From NCBI GenBank assembly GCA_963812155.1, contig CAWETW010000001.1:805689-869688 (forward strand): a stretch of DNA of 64,000 nt. The letters are read 5' to 3'. A program made the translations under genes and the position numbers. Every line of letters begins with the position of its first letter. The first letter of the stretch is position 1. The DNA comes from Vulcanimicrobiota bacterium (GTDB lineage Bacteria; Vulcanimicrobiota; Vulcanimicrobiia; Vulcanimicrobiales; Vulcanimicrobiaceae). Positions 9,242 to 20,191 of this stretch are shown piece by piece. The notes beneath the pieces are model-generated. The model saw only the letters and a list, made by a program, of their open reading frames with translations. It was not told where the DNA came from and searched no databases.

Positions 9242-10357
9242 TTAGTCGGGGCGGAAAGCGTCTTTGACGCGCTCGAAAAACGAGCGATCTTCGACGTCGT
9301 CGCCGCCGGCCTGCGCGTAGCGCTCGAGCAGCTCGCGTTGTTCGCGGTTGAGTTTCGTAGGAACCGCGACGTGAATGGTGACGTGATGATCGCCGCGATG
9401 CGCGCCGCGCACGGCCGGCATGCCGCGGCCGCGCAGCCGCAGCACCGTTCCGGGCTGCGTTCCGGGTGTGAGATTGACCTCGACCTCTCCATCGAGCGCG
9501 CGCACCGTCACCGGGCCGCCGAGCGCCGCCTGCGGGAAACTCACGGGTACGTCGGCGTACGTATCCTGCCCGTTTCGCTGAAAGTACGGATGCGGCGCGA
9601 TCGCGAGATACACGTAGAGATCGCCGGGAAGTCCGCCCCGCATACCGCCTTCCCCGTGTGCGGCAATACGAATCCGCGAGCCGTCGTCAACACCCGCCGG
9701 CACCGTGACCGTCAAGCCGCGCTCCACTTCGCGCCGTCCGTGACCGCGGCAGACGTCGCACGGATGCTCGACCACTTGCCCTTCCCCGCGGCAGCGTGGA
9801 CAAGTCGACTGCGTCACCATCTGTCCGAGCGGCGTTTGACGCACGCCGCGCACGGCGCCGGAACCGCCGCACGTCGTGCACGGCGTAACGAGCGTACCCG
9901 GACGCGCGCCCGATCCGCGGCACGCGTCGCACTGTGCCAGATGCGTGAACTCGATCTGCTTGGACGTTCCGGCGAAGGCTTCTTCCAGCGAAATCTCGAG
10001 GTCGTATCGCAAATCCGCGCCACGCTGCGGACCGTGATGGTTTTGCGCCGAACTGCGCGCGCCGCCGAAGAACATGTCGAAGATGTCGCCGAAGGATCCG
10101 GCGTCGAAGCCAAATCCTTGTCCCTGCGCGGCGCCATTGCCCACCACGCCAAAACGGTCGTATTGCGCGCGCTTGCCGGGATCGGAGAGCACTTCGTACG
10201 CCTCGTTGATCGCTTTGAAGCGATGTTCTGCCGCCGATTTGTCGTGCGACACGTCGGGATGGTGCGTCCGCGCCAGCCGGCGATAGGCTTGTTTGATTTC
10301 GTCCCCGGAAGCGTCGCGAGCGACGCCGAGGATTTCGTAGTAGTCCACGGTCGGCAT
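9242..10357 (-). CDS. dnaJ: Molecular chaperone DnaJ
   Basis: [11 protein letters not shown] motif, G/F region, four CxxCxGxG repeats. Confidence 0.97.
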   Translation of the reverse strand: MPTVDYYEILGVARDASGDEIKQAYRRLARTHHPDVSHDKSAAEHRFKAINEAYEVLSDPGKRAQYDRFGVVGNGAAQGQGFGFDAGSFGDIFDMFFGGARSSAQNHHGPQRGADLRYDLEISLEEAFAGTSKQIEFTHLAQCDACRGSGARPGTLVTPCTTCGGSGAVRGVRQTPLGQMVTQSTCPRCRGEGQVVEHPCDVCRGHGRREVERGLTVTVPAGVDDGSRIRIAAHGEGGMRGGLPGDLYVYLAIAPHPYFQRNGQDTYADVPVSFPQAALGGPVTVRALDGEVEVNLTPGTQPGTVLRLRGRGMPAVRGAHRGDHHVTIHVAVPTKLNREQRELLERYAQAGGDDVEDRSFFERVKDAFRPD

Positions 10358-10365
10358 CAAGGAGC

Positions 10366-11415
10366 TTAGTGACGCTCCACGTCGGATAGGCGCTCGCTCA
10401 GGCTTTCGGCAGTGCCCGACGCAAGCGCGACGAGCCGGCCGTACGGCATGCGCCGCGGACCCAAAATGGAGAGCATGCCCAGCGCATGCGGTCCGAAACG
10501 ATACGGAACGGTCACGACCGAAAGATCGGCCAGCTCTTCGTTGCCCAACTCGCGTCCGATCTTCACGCTCGGCGCGTCGGCGCTCATTGCGTCGGCGACG
10601 ATTTGATAGAGCGTCTTTTGCTCTTCGACGATGCGCAATATGGAACGCAGCTTGCGCAGATCTTGGAACTCCGGCTGGTCGAGTAAATTCTGGGCACCGG
10701 CCGACGCGATCGTCGGCTGTTCGTGCGAGCGCGCCGACTGCAGCGCCGACAAAACCGCGCCGCGCAAATCCTCGTGCGCGCCGATTTCCCTGGCGAGCGC
10801 CGTGACGTCGGCGTCCGGAAGCTCGCACAGCGGCCGGTTCTCGAAGTGCGCGTTCAGCGCGTTGGAGAAGCGCGTAAGGTCGTCGGCGTGCTGCTCTTCG
10901 GAGAGTTCGAAAAGGCTCTGCGACGCGACGCCGAGCGAGGTCACGACGATCGCCACGCCGGTGCGCGGCGTCAGCCAGATGAGCTGCACGTGGCGAAACG
11001 TCTGCGTTTCTTGGTGCGGCCTGGTAATGAAGGCGAGATTGTTCGAAAGGCGTCCGAGCAGGCGGGTCGTGCTGTCGATGATGTCTTCGAGCTGGCGGCT
11101 GGCGTCGTGCAGTTCGTCGCGGATGCGACGCCGGTCGTCGACTCCGAGTTCCTCGGGCTGCATCAGCTGGTCGACGTAGGTCCGGTAGCCTGCGTCCGAC
11201 GGCACGCGGCCGGCAGACGTGTGCGGCTGAACCAAGTAGCCGCCCGCTTCGAGCTCGGCCATTTCGTTGCGGACCGTCGCCGAACTCACGCCTAATTGGT
11301 ATTTTTGGGTGAGCGTCTGCGATCCGACCGGCTCAGCGGTGGCGATGTATTCGTAGACGACGGTGGCGAGAATGTAGGCTTTGCGTTTGTCGAGGCCGCC
11401 GGGCTCTTCCCTCAT
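10366..11415 (-). CDS. hrcA: Heat-inducible transcription repressor
   Basis: [50 protein letters not shown]. Confidence 0.97.
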   Translation of the reverse strand: MREEPGGLDKRKAYILATVVYEYIATAEPVGSQTLTQKYQLGVSSATVRNEMAELEAGGYLVQPHTSAGRVPSDAGYRTYVDQLMQPEELGVDDRRRIRDELHDASRQLEDIIDSTTRLLGRLSNNLAFITRPHQETQTFRHVQLIWLTPRTGVAIVVTSLGVASQSLFELSEEQHADDLTRFSNALNAHFENRPLCELPDADVTALAREIGAHEDLRGAVLSALQSARSHEQPTIASAGAQNLLDQPEFQDLRKLRSILRIVEEQKTLYQIVADAMSADAPSVKIGRELGNEELADLSVVTVPYRFGPHALGMLSILGPRRMPYGRLVALASGTAESLSERLSDVERH

Positions 11416-11421
11416 AGCCCC

Positions 11422-11955
11422 TTACTGTAGCACTCTCGGCGTTTGAGTGCTAGCACTGGTGGGAGCGGCGGCTTGCTCGACCGCCCTGCGGAGTTCGTCC
11501 CAGCTCAGGCCGCCCACCGAGACATACGAGACGTCGCCGGCCGGGTCGACCACCAGGGTGACCGGTATCTTCGACACGGAGTACGCACGCGATATCGAAC
11601 CGTCGGCGTCCTCGACGATCGGCAGCGGAATCTTTGCGAAACGAAAATACGTGCCCGCCACGGCACGGGATTCGGGCGAGATCGTCAACACGGCGACCCG
11701 GCTTCCGAACGACTGCTGCGCGCGGACGAAGTAGCGCATCTCGGTCGTGCATACATCGCACCACGTCGCCCAAAAATCAATGATCACGACGCGCCCGCGA
11801 AGATCGGAGAGAGAATGTGCGCCATCGGTCGCGGGAATCGCGAAATCGGGAGCCGGCGCGTTGTAACGGATGCCGGATAGACCGGTGCCGGCCGTTGCGC
11901 TCAGCGCTGCAAGCACGCACGCACTCCACGTCACGCGCGTTGTTTCGGCAGGCAC
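11422..11955 (-). CDS. TlpA-family thiol-disulfide oxidoreductase
   Basis: APDF, LSDLRGRVVIIDFWATWCDVC, IPVTLVVDPAG. Confidence 0.88.
   Translation of the reverse strand: MPAETTRVTWSACVLAALSATAGTGLSGIRYNAPAPDFAIPATDGAHSLSDLRGRVVIIDFWATWCDVCTTEMRYFVRAQQSFGSRVAVLTISPESRAVAGTYFRFAKIPLPIVEDADGSISRAYSVSKIPVTLVVDPAGDVSYVSVGGLSWDELRRAVEQAAAPTSASTQTPRVLQ
11428..11452. promoter_or_regulatory. CIRCE operator
   Basis: TAGCACTC-N9-GAGTGCTA, 12 bp upstream of the hrcA start. Confidence 0.93.
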
Positions 11956-11983
11956 CGTTGCCTTGCCTCGTTAACCGTGACGC

Positions 11984-13945
11984 ATGAGCAGCGATAGCAC
12001 CGCCATCGAAGCGCTTTTCGACGAAACGCGCAGCTTCGCACCGTCTGCCGAATTCGCCCGGCAAGCCAACGCGCAACCGGAGATTTACGCCCGAGCGGAG
12101 CGCGACTACCTCGAGTACTGGGCTTCGTGGGCACGCAGGCTCGAATGGATGAAACCGTTTACCCGGACGTTGGAATGGAACGAGCCGTTCGCCCGCTGGT
12201 TCGGCGACGGCGAGCTCAACGTGTCCGTGAACTGTCTCGACCGCCACGTGCGCGCGGGCGACGGACAAAAGATCGCTTACTATTTCGAAGGCGAGCCTGG
12301 CGATCGCCGCACGATCACCTATCGCGAACTGCTCGACGACGTCTGCCGCTTCGCCAACGGCTTGCGCGGGCTGGGCATTCGCAAGGGCGATCGCGTCGCC
12401 ATCTACATGCCGATGATTCCGGAGCTTCCCGTCGCCATGCTCGCGTGCGCGCGCATCGGCGCGGCGCATTCGGTGATCTTCGGCGGCTTCTCGCCTGAAT
12501 CGATCGTCGATCGCGTCAACGACGCGCAATGCGTCGCGCTCATCACCTGCGACTGGGGCTGGCGGCGCGGCAACAAAATTCCACTCAAGCGCAACTGCGA
12601 CGTCGCCATGGAACAGACGCCTTCGATCCGCCACTGCATCGTCGCGAGCAGGATCGGCGACGATATCTTCATGCGCGAAGGACGGGATCGCTACTGGAGC
12701 GAGATCGTCGCCGGCCAACCGACAACGTGCGAACCGGAGGCGATGAACGCCGAAGACTTGCTCTTCCTCCTCTACACGAGCGGCACGACCGCCAAACCTA
12801 AGGGGATCAAACACACGACGGGCGGCTACCTCACGCACGTCATGGCGACGCACGACCTGGTCTTCGATTTGAAGCCGGAGAGCGACGTTTACTGGTGCAC
12901 CGCCGACATCGGCTGGGTGACGGGCCACTCGTACATCGTCTACGGTCCGCTCGCGAACGCGGCGACCGGCGTGCTGTACGAGGGCACGCCCGATTACCCG
13001 GCACGGGATCGCTTTTGGGAAATCGTCGAGCGCTACGGCGTAACGATTCTCTATACCGCGCCGACGGCGATCAGAACGTTTATGAAGTGGGGAACCGAGC
13101 ACCCCGCCGCGCACGATCTCTCGTCGCTGCGTCTCATCGGAACCGTGGGCGAACCGATCAATCCCGAAGCGTGGATGTGGTATCGCGAGTGGATCGGCGG
13201 CAACCGCATACCGGTCGTCGACACGTGGTGGCAAACCGAAACCGGCGGCATCATGATTTCGCCGTTGCCCGGCGTGACGACGCTGCACCCGGGCAGCGCA
13301 ACGCTTCCGCTCCCCGGCGTTGCGGCCGACATCGTCGACGAGCGCGGCGACACGGTGCCGCTCGGCGGCGGCGGGTACGTCGTGCTGACGCGTCCATGGC
13401 CGGGCATGCTGCGCGGCATTTGGGGAGACGACGAACGCTACCGGCAGACGTACTGGTCGAAGTTTCCGCACGCGTACCTCGCGGGCGACGGCTGCCGGCG
13501 CGACGGCGACGGCAACTATTGGTTTATGGGACGCATCGACGACGTCATGAACGTCAGCGGCCATCGCATTTCGACGACCGAAGTGGAAAGCGCGCTCGTG
13601 GATCATCCGAAGGTGGCCGAGTCGGCCGTCTGCGGAAAACTCGACGAAACGACCGGCCAGGCAATCTACGCGTTCGTGACGCTCAAGGGCGCTGAAAACG
13701 GCTCGCCGGAACTCGCCGACGAGTTGCGCGACCACGTCGCCGAACGGCTCGGCAAGTTCACACGCCCGAAGTACGTCACGTTCACCCAAGAACTTCCGAA
13801 AACGCGCAGCGGAAAAATCATGCGGCGCCTATTGCGCGACATCGCCGAGGGACGAACGCTCGGCGATACTACGACGCTGGCCGACTCGTCGGTGGTGCAC
13901 GAACTCGTCGAGCGTGCGAAAGTGGAATCGCTCTCCGGCGAGTAA
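11984..13945 (+). CDS. acs: Acetyl-CoA synthetase
   Basis: LYTSGTTAKPKG, TVGEPINPEAW, DTWWQTETG, LPKTRSGKIMRRLLR. Confidence 0.97.
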   Translation: MSSDSTAIEALFDETRSFAPSAEFARQANAQPEIYARAERDYLEYWASWARRLEWMKPFTRTLEWNEPFARWFGDGELNVSVNCLDRHVRAGDGQKIAYYFEGEPGDRRTITYRELLDDVCRFANGLRGLGIRKGDRVAIYMPMIPELPVAMLACARIGAAHSVIFGGFSPESIVDRVNDAQCVALITCDWGWRRGNKIPLKRNCDVAMEQTPSIRHCIVASRIGDDIFMREGRDRYWSEIVAGQPTTCEPEAMNAEDLLFLLYTSGTTAKPKGIKHTTGGYLTHVMATHDLVFDLKPESDVYWCTADIGWVTGHSYIVYGPLANAATGVLYEGTPDYPARDRFWEIVERYGVTILYTAPTAIRTFMKWGTEHPAAHDLSSLRLIGTVGEPINPEAWMWYREWIGGNRIPVVDTWWQTETGGIMISPLPGVTTLHPGSATLPLPGVAADIVDERGDTVPLGGGGYVVLTRPWPGMLRGIWGDDERYRQTYWSKFPHAYLAGDGCRRDGDGNYWFMGRIDDVMNVSGHRISTTEVESALVDHPKVAESAVCGKLDETTGQAIYAFVTLKGAENGSPELADELRDHVAERLGKFTRPKYVTFTQELPKTRSGKIMRRLLRDIAEGRTLGDTTTLADSSVVHELVERAKVESLSGE

Positions 13946-13949
13946 CACC

Positions 13950-15862
13950 CTACGCTTCGCTGAAGAACTCTGCCAGTTCGTCGAGGTGGGTGATGCGGCG
14001 CGCCGGGGGCAGCGCGCGCAGGATCGTCGCGCCGTAACGCGTCGACGCCGCGCGTCCGTCGAGCAGTGCGACGACGCCGCGATCGTTGGTGCTGCGAATC
14101 AGCCGTCCGAAGCCCTGCTTCGAGCCGCACGGTCGCCGCCGGAATCATGTAGTGCTCGAATCCGTCGAGCCCTCGCGCTTCGAGCGCGCGCATCGCGCGC
14201 CACGACGAGCGGATCGCTCGGCGACGGAAACGGAAGCCGGTCGATGATCACGCACGAGAGCGCGTCGCCGGCGACGTCGATGCCCTCCCAGAACGTGCCG
14301 GTCGCAAAAAGCACGGCGTTCGGCGTCTCTGCGGAACCACTCCAGCAGTTGCGCGCGCGGCAACTCGCCCTGCAGATTTGACGGGATACGCGATCCGCTC
14401 GCGCACCAGCGCGTAGACTTCGCGCAGCCGCGCGTACGACGTGAAGAGCACGAAGGCGCGCCCGCGCGTGCGGTCGAGACACTCCTCGACCAGCGGCGCC
14501 GCGCGCGCGGCAAACTCCGGCGACTTCGGGTTGAGCGCCGGCGGCGCGACGAAGAAGCGCGCCTGCGTTCGCATAATCGAACGGCGACGGAGCGATCAAC
14601 TCTTGCGCTTCGTCGATGCCGAGCGACCGCTTGAGAAACTCGAACGACGGTCGCGATCGTCGCGCTCGTCAGCACGACGCTCTGCGTACGCGCGAAGAGC
14701 GTCGCCCGCAGAAACTCGGCGACGTCGAACGGCGCGCAGCGCAGGCTGTAACGTCCATCCGAGTCGCCGCGCTCGACCCACGCGATCGCCTGCTCCGACG
14801 GCGCTTGCGCGCGATCGATCGGCGCCGATGCGCGACGACGACGCGCATCGCCAGATCGCGCCGCCGTTCGGCTTCGGCGTCGTTCTCCGGCACGTGTTTG
14901 AGCGCCGCGTGCCAGTTGGCGAAAAGCCAGTTCTCCAAGCTGGTACAGAGCGTCGCGCAACTCGCTCGAGCGCGGGCCACGCCGCATCGTTGGCCGCAAG
15001 CGGATAGCGTTCGCCGGGAACGCGCGCGAAGCGCCGACTCCAGCGCGCGCACGCCTTCGTCGAAGCGCAGATCGAACGCCGGCGGCAAGGTCGTAGGCGC
15101 GATGCAGCTTGCGCATCATCCGGCCGATCGTCGCGCGCGAGAGCGTCGCGGTCAGCGCGTCGGTCGCCCAGCGTTCGCACTGATGCGCCTCGTCGAGCAC
15201 CGCGACGTCGTACGGCGGCAGCAGTCCGCCGCCCATCGCCAAGATCGAGAAAGAACAGCGCGTGGTTGACGACGACGATATCGGCAGTACTTTGCTTCGT
15301 CGCGCTTCTTGAAGAGAAGCAGTCGCGAAAATGCGAACAGAACTCGCCGACGCAATCGTCGGCGTCGGCGTCGAGCTGTTCCCACTCGCCGGCATTCGGT
15401 ACGAACGTCAGCTCCGCACGATCGCCGGTTTCTGTGGCGCCCGCCCACTCCCACAGGCGCTGCATCGAACGCGACGACGCAACGAGCCGGTCGGCGCGCA
15501 TGCGCTCGAACTTCTGCTTGCACAGATAGTGGCCGCGCCCCTTGAGCAGCGTGACGCGTAATGGCACGCCGAGCGCGGCGGACACGAGCGGAATGTCTTT
15601 GCGCACGAGTTGTTCTTGCAGCGCGATCGTGCCGGTCGACAGCACGATCTTCTTTCCGCTGCGTACCGCGGGCACGAGATACGCGAGCGACTTTCCGACG
15701 CCCGTTCCGGCTTCGACGATCGTGTGAATCCCCTCGAGGATGCCGCGCTCGACGATTTGCGCCATCTGCACTTGTCCCGGACGCGCTTCGAAGCCCGGCA
15801 GCGCGTCGCGCAATCGGGCCGCCCGGCGCGAACGTCTCCTCGATCGTTTGGGGAAGCGTCAC
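13950..15862 (-). CDS. DinG/YoaA-family ATP-dependent DNA helicase, several frameshifts
   Basis: EAGTGVGKSLAYL, KGRGHYLC, VVVNHAL, DEAH, LTSAT, FTSY, FWEGIDV, IIDRLPF split across frames. Confidence 0.9.
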
Positions 15863-16518
15863 CGCGGTTGCGGAGGCGATTCGTATTCGCTCTCGAGCGC
15901 CGCACCGGTGCGCGCATCGACGACGACCGGACGCACGCGCCGCGGCGGCGCGAACACGAGCAGCGTCAGGAAAAAGCCGGCCAGAAGCCCGGAGACGTGC
16001 GCCTGCCACGAAATCGACGGCACCGTGAACGTGATGATGAGGTTGAGGACGAGGATGCCGAGATTAGCCTTGACCAGATCCATGCCGGGCCGGCCGAGCT
16101 TGAAACCGATGGCGAATAGCGCGCCGAAGAGGCCGAAGATCGCACCACTTGCACCGACGGTCGCAGCCGCCGGCGGGCTGAAGTACACGACGCCGAGCCC
16201 GGCAGCGACCAGCGATACGACGTAGATCGACGAGCATGCGCCAGGGTCCCGATCGACGTACTCGATAAAGCGCCCGAGAGACCACAGCGACATCATGTTG
16301 ACGCCGATGTGCAGCAAGCCGCCGTGCAAGAAATGCGCCGGTGAAAATGCGCCACCACTCCCCGTTCTGCAGCACGGCGGCCGGATAGAGCGAGCCTTCG
16401 TCGAGCACGCGCTCGATGATTGCCGCCGACCACCCAGCGACAGCATTCCGGATCCCGGCGACTTGATTTCCCAGAGGTAGCCGATCACGTTGAGCGCGAT
16501 CAGGAAACGCGTCATCAT
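15859..16518 (-). CDS. Rhomboid intramembrane serine protease (compensating frameshifts in 5' half)
   Basis: GEWWRIFTGAFL, HGGLLHIGVNM, GASGAIFG, AHVSG. Confidence 0.9.
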   Translation of the reverse strand: MMTRFLIALNVIGYLWEIKSPGSGMLSLGGRRQSSSACSTKARSIRPPCCRTGSGGAFSPAHFLHGGLLHIGVNMMSLWSLGRFIEYVDRDPGACSSIYVVSLVAAGLGVVYFSPPAAATVGASGAIFGLFGALFAIGFKLGRPGMDLVKANLGILVLNLIITFTVPSISWQAHVSGLLAGFFLTLLVFAPPRRVRPVVVDARTGAALESEYESPPQPR

Positions 16519-16533
16519 GGTGCTGAACGCAGC

Positions 16534-17211
16534 TTAGGCCGCGTCGTCCGCGACGATCACCATGCGCGCGAGTTCCAGGGAAATCGCGTGCTGCGCGCCG
16601 TCCGACTTCGACCGTCACCGGACCGCCGAGCGGCGCCTTCTCGACGATGCAAACGCTCGCGCCGGGGCGCAATCCAATCTCTCCCGAGATAGCGCAGAAT
16701 CTCCGGAACTCTGTCGGTCACGCCGCTCACGACCGCGCGCACGGCCGCCTTCGATCTGCGCGAGCGGCATCGCCCGATGCGCCGGATCGCTCAGATCACG
16801 CGGCGGAATCGGATGACCGTGCGGACAGGTCTGCGGATTTCCCAGCAGGTCGATGAGCGCGTTCTCGACGCGTTCGGAGATGGCGTGTTCGAGCATGCAC
16901 GCTTCGGCGTGCACTTCGTCCCACGGCATGCCGAGCACGTCGGTGAGCAGGCGTTCCGCCAGGCGGTGACGCCGCAACACGCGGACCGCGACCTCGAGAC
17001 CCTTGCGCGTCAGCTTTACCTCTCCGCGCGCGACGTATTCGACGTAGCCGTCTTTGTCGAGTTTCTTGAGCATGCCCGAAACCGACGCCGGCGCAACGCC
17101 CAGCATCGAGGCGAGACCCGACGTGGTTACGCCCGGACCCTCACGCTCGAGGCGGTAGACGGCTTCGAGATACTCCTCGATCGATTCGGCGAAATGGCTA
17201 TGGCCCGACAT
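16534..17211 (-). CDS. DtxR/MntR metal-dependent regulator with FeoA-like C-terminus, frameshifted
   Basis: ESIEEYLEAVY, RRHRLAERLL, HAEACMLEHAIS, CPHGHPIP. Confidence 0.9.
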
Positions 17212-18264
17212 CTGCTCGTTGTTCCGGTTTCTTCGTACTTCGGCGCACTCCCCGAAGTTCCGCGGCCAAACGCGCGTGCAGTTCCCGCTTGTGCGACGGG
17301 CGAGCGAAGCTCGCATCGATCGCATTGCGCGACGTAGCGCGCGAGCGCGTCGCTCGCCGGCGATCCGCTCGACCCGCGCGTATTCGGCCTCGATCGACGT
17401 GCCGAACAGCGCCGGATCGTCGGCATCGATCGTGACGATGCACCCGGCCCGCTCGAACTCGACGAGCGCATGCAGCCCGTCGAGCGCGACGCCTGTGCGT
17501 TCGTTCGACGTCGGACAGATTTCGAGCGGTATGCGACGATCGGCAAGCATCGCACGACCTCCGGATCGCGCAGCGCACTGATTCCGTGACCGATCCGTTC
17601 GGCGCCTAGCGTCTCGACCGCGGCCGCGACGCTCTGCGGCCCGGCGGCTTCGCCCGCGTGCGCGACGCAGCGCAGTCCGGACGCGCGGGCGAGCGCGAAT
17701 GCCTCGGCATAGGCCTCGGGCGGGAAACGCGCTTCATCACCGCCCAGCCCCACGCCGACGATTCCACAATCGTCAAGCCTCGTCGCGAGCCGAGCAACTT
17801 CCGTTGCCCGGTCGGATCCGAAGTTTCGCGTCAGGTCGACGATCAGCCGAAACTCCGCCTTGGATGCGGCCGAGCGCAGTTCGCCGGCAATCGTTCGCGA
17901 AAGCGGCACGCACGTCGAGTTCGGGATTGAAGAACGTCCACACCGACGGCGACACGAACAGCTCGCCGTATATGACGTTCTGCGCGAGCGCATCCTCGAC
18001 GAACTCGCGGGCGAGCCGCGCATAGTCGTCCGGATCGGCCAAGGCGCGGCTGACGGCGGCAAACGTCCATAGGAATTCACGAAAGTCCGCAAATCGGTAA
18101 GGGTCCGCCGGATCGGGCTCACCCCCGCGCAGCGCCGGACCCGCCGGATCGTAACGCAACGGCACGCCGTGACGGCCCGCCAACTCGACGAACGTCGCGG
18201 CCCGCAGACTGCCCTCGAGGTGGCAATGCAGGTGGACCTTCGGAATGACCGACGCAAGCGTCAT
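17198..18264 (-). CDS. add: Adenosine deaminase family protein, frameshifted
   Basis: PKVHLHCHLEGS, GLGGDE, AHAGE, ERIGHG, EICPTSN, DADDPALF across frames. Confidence 0.9.
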
Positions 18265-18331
18265 GGTAAGAATGTATGCCGGACCCTAGGCAGGGGCGCA
18301 ACCCCGGCTGTCGTAGAGCGGTTAACTTTGC

Positions 18332-18408
<77 letters not shown>

Positions 18409-18414
18409 AATCCA

Positions 18415-18453
18415 CAGGTCCAGAAACGGCGAAGTTTCTGGACCTGTTGCTTT
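18415..18453. terminator. Bidirectional terminator hairpin
   Basis: ACAGGTCCAGAAAC/GTTTCTGGACCTGT perfect stem between convergent tRNA and CDS. Confidence 0.75.
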
Positions 18454-18465
18454 ACGTTTTTGAAC

Positions 18466-19452
18466 CTACGAATTCGCTAGGCTAACAACGACGCTCAAGG
18501 GATAGCTGACTCCACGAATCACGCCGGTCTTCTTGCCTCCCGCCGGATAGTCGTACAAGTTGACTATTCCTGGGACATCTTGCGAGGGTTGATGCGGCTT
18601 GCTGGCAGCGGGAACGATCAGCGTCCTTCCTTCGATAAAAAAACCACCTATATTATAGGATCGTTGTAGATCAATCGTTGCGCTGGTCGTCCCCTTCTGA
18701 CCGGCGATCGCAAACTGGTAGATTACGTTTTTCTGGTAATCCGCCATATCCAGGTATTTTCCGTCCCATACCATTCCGCCGCTTACGCCGTCGGTGAACG
18801 TTTCGTCCAGCGAAATCTCGACGAAGGTTTTACTGTTTTTAGGAAGTTCCAGCAAAGCAAAATGCGGATAAGACGCGTCGACCGAGGTTATGAAAAGGTT
18901 TCCGTTGTTGTCGTAGGCACAGTAATCGCGGACTAAATACGGTTTCGGAAGCGGTACGTTCGTGTGCCTTCCTCGATTCTTTTTGAACAAAGAAACAACC
19001 TCTGCGGTAGGGGTGGCATTGGGAACTGCGAGCGTGCCTGTGGCTGGGTCTACTGCGCAGCCAAGTGGGCCTCCGAGGTTGCCCAAAATGCGCAGTGGCG
19101 AGGTCACGCCATGTTTATATTCTATGACGGCATGCGGCTCGGTGACAAAAATATCTTGCGCCTTGTTAACGCATAAAAAACTGTAGCCGTTCGGATTCGC
19201 AAGCAATCCTATAAGTTTATACTTCGGAGGCGTGTACGAATATACTTCGATACTTCCTAGCTCGGCATCTTCGATATACAATAAATCTTCGCCCGACGCC
19301 TCACCCAACATCCACGACTGCCGATGCTGTTTTTGCTGGACCGAGGCCGACGAGGGCGTGAAGATGGTGGCGCTTGAGTCCGAAGAATTACATCCGGTCG
19401 CTGCGACCGTCAGGATGCCGATGACTATAACGGACTTTGGAAGGCTGTACAT
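18466..19452 (-). CDS. Lipoprotein, probable beta-propeller repeat protein
   Basis: Lipobox AATGC; repeats GCAVDPATGTLAV, YCAYDNNGNLFI, MVWDGKYL; more AT-rich than flanks. Confidence 0.7.
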   Translation of the reverse strand: MYSLPKSVIVIGILTVAATGCNSSDSSATIFTPSSASVQQKQHRQSWMLGEASGEDLLYIEDAELGSIEVYSYTPPKYKLIGLLANPNGYSFLCVNKAQDIFVTEPHAVIEYKHGVTSPLRILGNLGGPLGCAVDPATGTLAVPNATPTAEVVSLFKKNRGRHTNVPLPKPYLVRDYCAYDNNGNLFITSVDASYPHFALLELPKNSKTFVEISLDETFTDGVSGGMVWDGKYLDMADYQKNVIYQFAIAGQKGTTSATIDLQRSYNIGGFFIEGRTLIVPAASKPHQPSQDVPGIVNLYDYPAGGKKTGVIRGVSYPLSVVVSLANS

Positions 19453-19669
19453 GGCGTGGAGCCGTTAGGCGCTCTTCCCGCGACGGCCTTCGAGAGCAGG
19501 CACGGACATGATACCTAAGCCCACGCAACCAATCAACAGGTCCGTCGGCGCCGTCGCTTCCGGACGTGTTTTTTTTCAAAGTCATTTTGAGCAGAAAAAA
19601 GAACTGACAAGCTCCGAGGTGGACGGCGAAAGACGGGCCTTTCCTTTTGCGAGGTGAACTGGACGAATC

Positions 19670-19936
19670 ATGAAGTACGTGCTTTCCTACGAGCCGTCGG
19701 CGGAAGGCCTTGCAAAGGCGCCGGCGCATTTCGTCGCGCATCGCGCGCGCTGGCAAATCTTCGTCGATCGCGGAGAGTTGTTGATGATTGGACCGTTCGC
19801 CGATCCGCGCGAGGGCGCGATGGCAGTCTTTACCACGCGCGAAGCCGCCGAGCAGTTTGCCGCCGGCGATCCGTTCGTCGTCAACGGCGTCGTCGCCGGC
19901 TGGCACGTCCGCGAGTGGAACGAAGCATTGACGTAG
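19670..19936 (+). CDS. YciI family protein
   Basis: AHRAR, GELLMIGPFADP, GDPFVVNGVV, VREW. Confidence 0.88.
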   Translation: MKYVLSYEPSAEGLAKAPAHFVAHRARWQIFVDRGELLMIGPFADPREGAMAVFTTREAAEQFAAGDPFVVNGVVAGWHVREWNEALT

Positions 19937-19937
19937 C

Positions 19938-20048
19938 GTCCTTCGACTGCGCATCGCTACGCGATGCTCCGCTCAGGATGACACCATTCTAAGGGGCGCT
20001 CCGCTCAGGGTGACACCATTCTAAGGGGCGCTCCGCTCAGGATGACAC
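19938..20048. repeat. REP-like element with 2.6 tandem copies of a 32-bp unit
   Basis: GCTCCGCTCAGGRTGACACCATTCTAAGGGGC starting at 19966, 19998 and (partial) 20030; preceded by GCATCGC-TAC-GCGATGC hairpin. Confidence 0.8.
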
Positions 20049-20191
20049 GCCTTAGATCGGTTTGAAATAGACGCGCTGATTCGTGTAGTCGAAGTGCACG
20101 CGCCGAGCGTGCAAAATCCACTTCCATTGCGCAGCGGGAGAGTTGCACGCTCGTCCTTCGCCTTCGCACCGAACCGCGTTCGATGCTGCGA

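Noticed and set aside
11777..13789. Long antisense ORFs (also 29015..30967, 47313..48965, 9059..10369)
   Set aside because: Stop-poor shadows opposite well-supported GC-rich genes
19966..20048. CRISPR mini-array
   Set aside because: The linkers between repeats are identical, not unique spacers, and no cas genes are present
20052..20190. Short tail RRVHFDYTNQRVYFKPI, possibly an aspartyl-protease remnant
   Set aside because: Too short and without a start or catalytic motif to support a call
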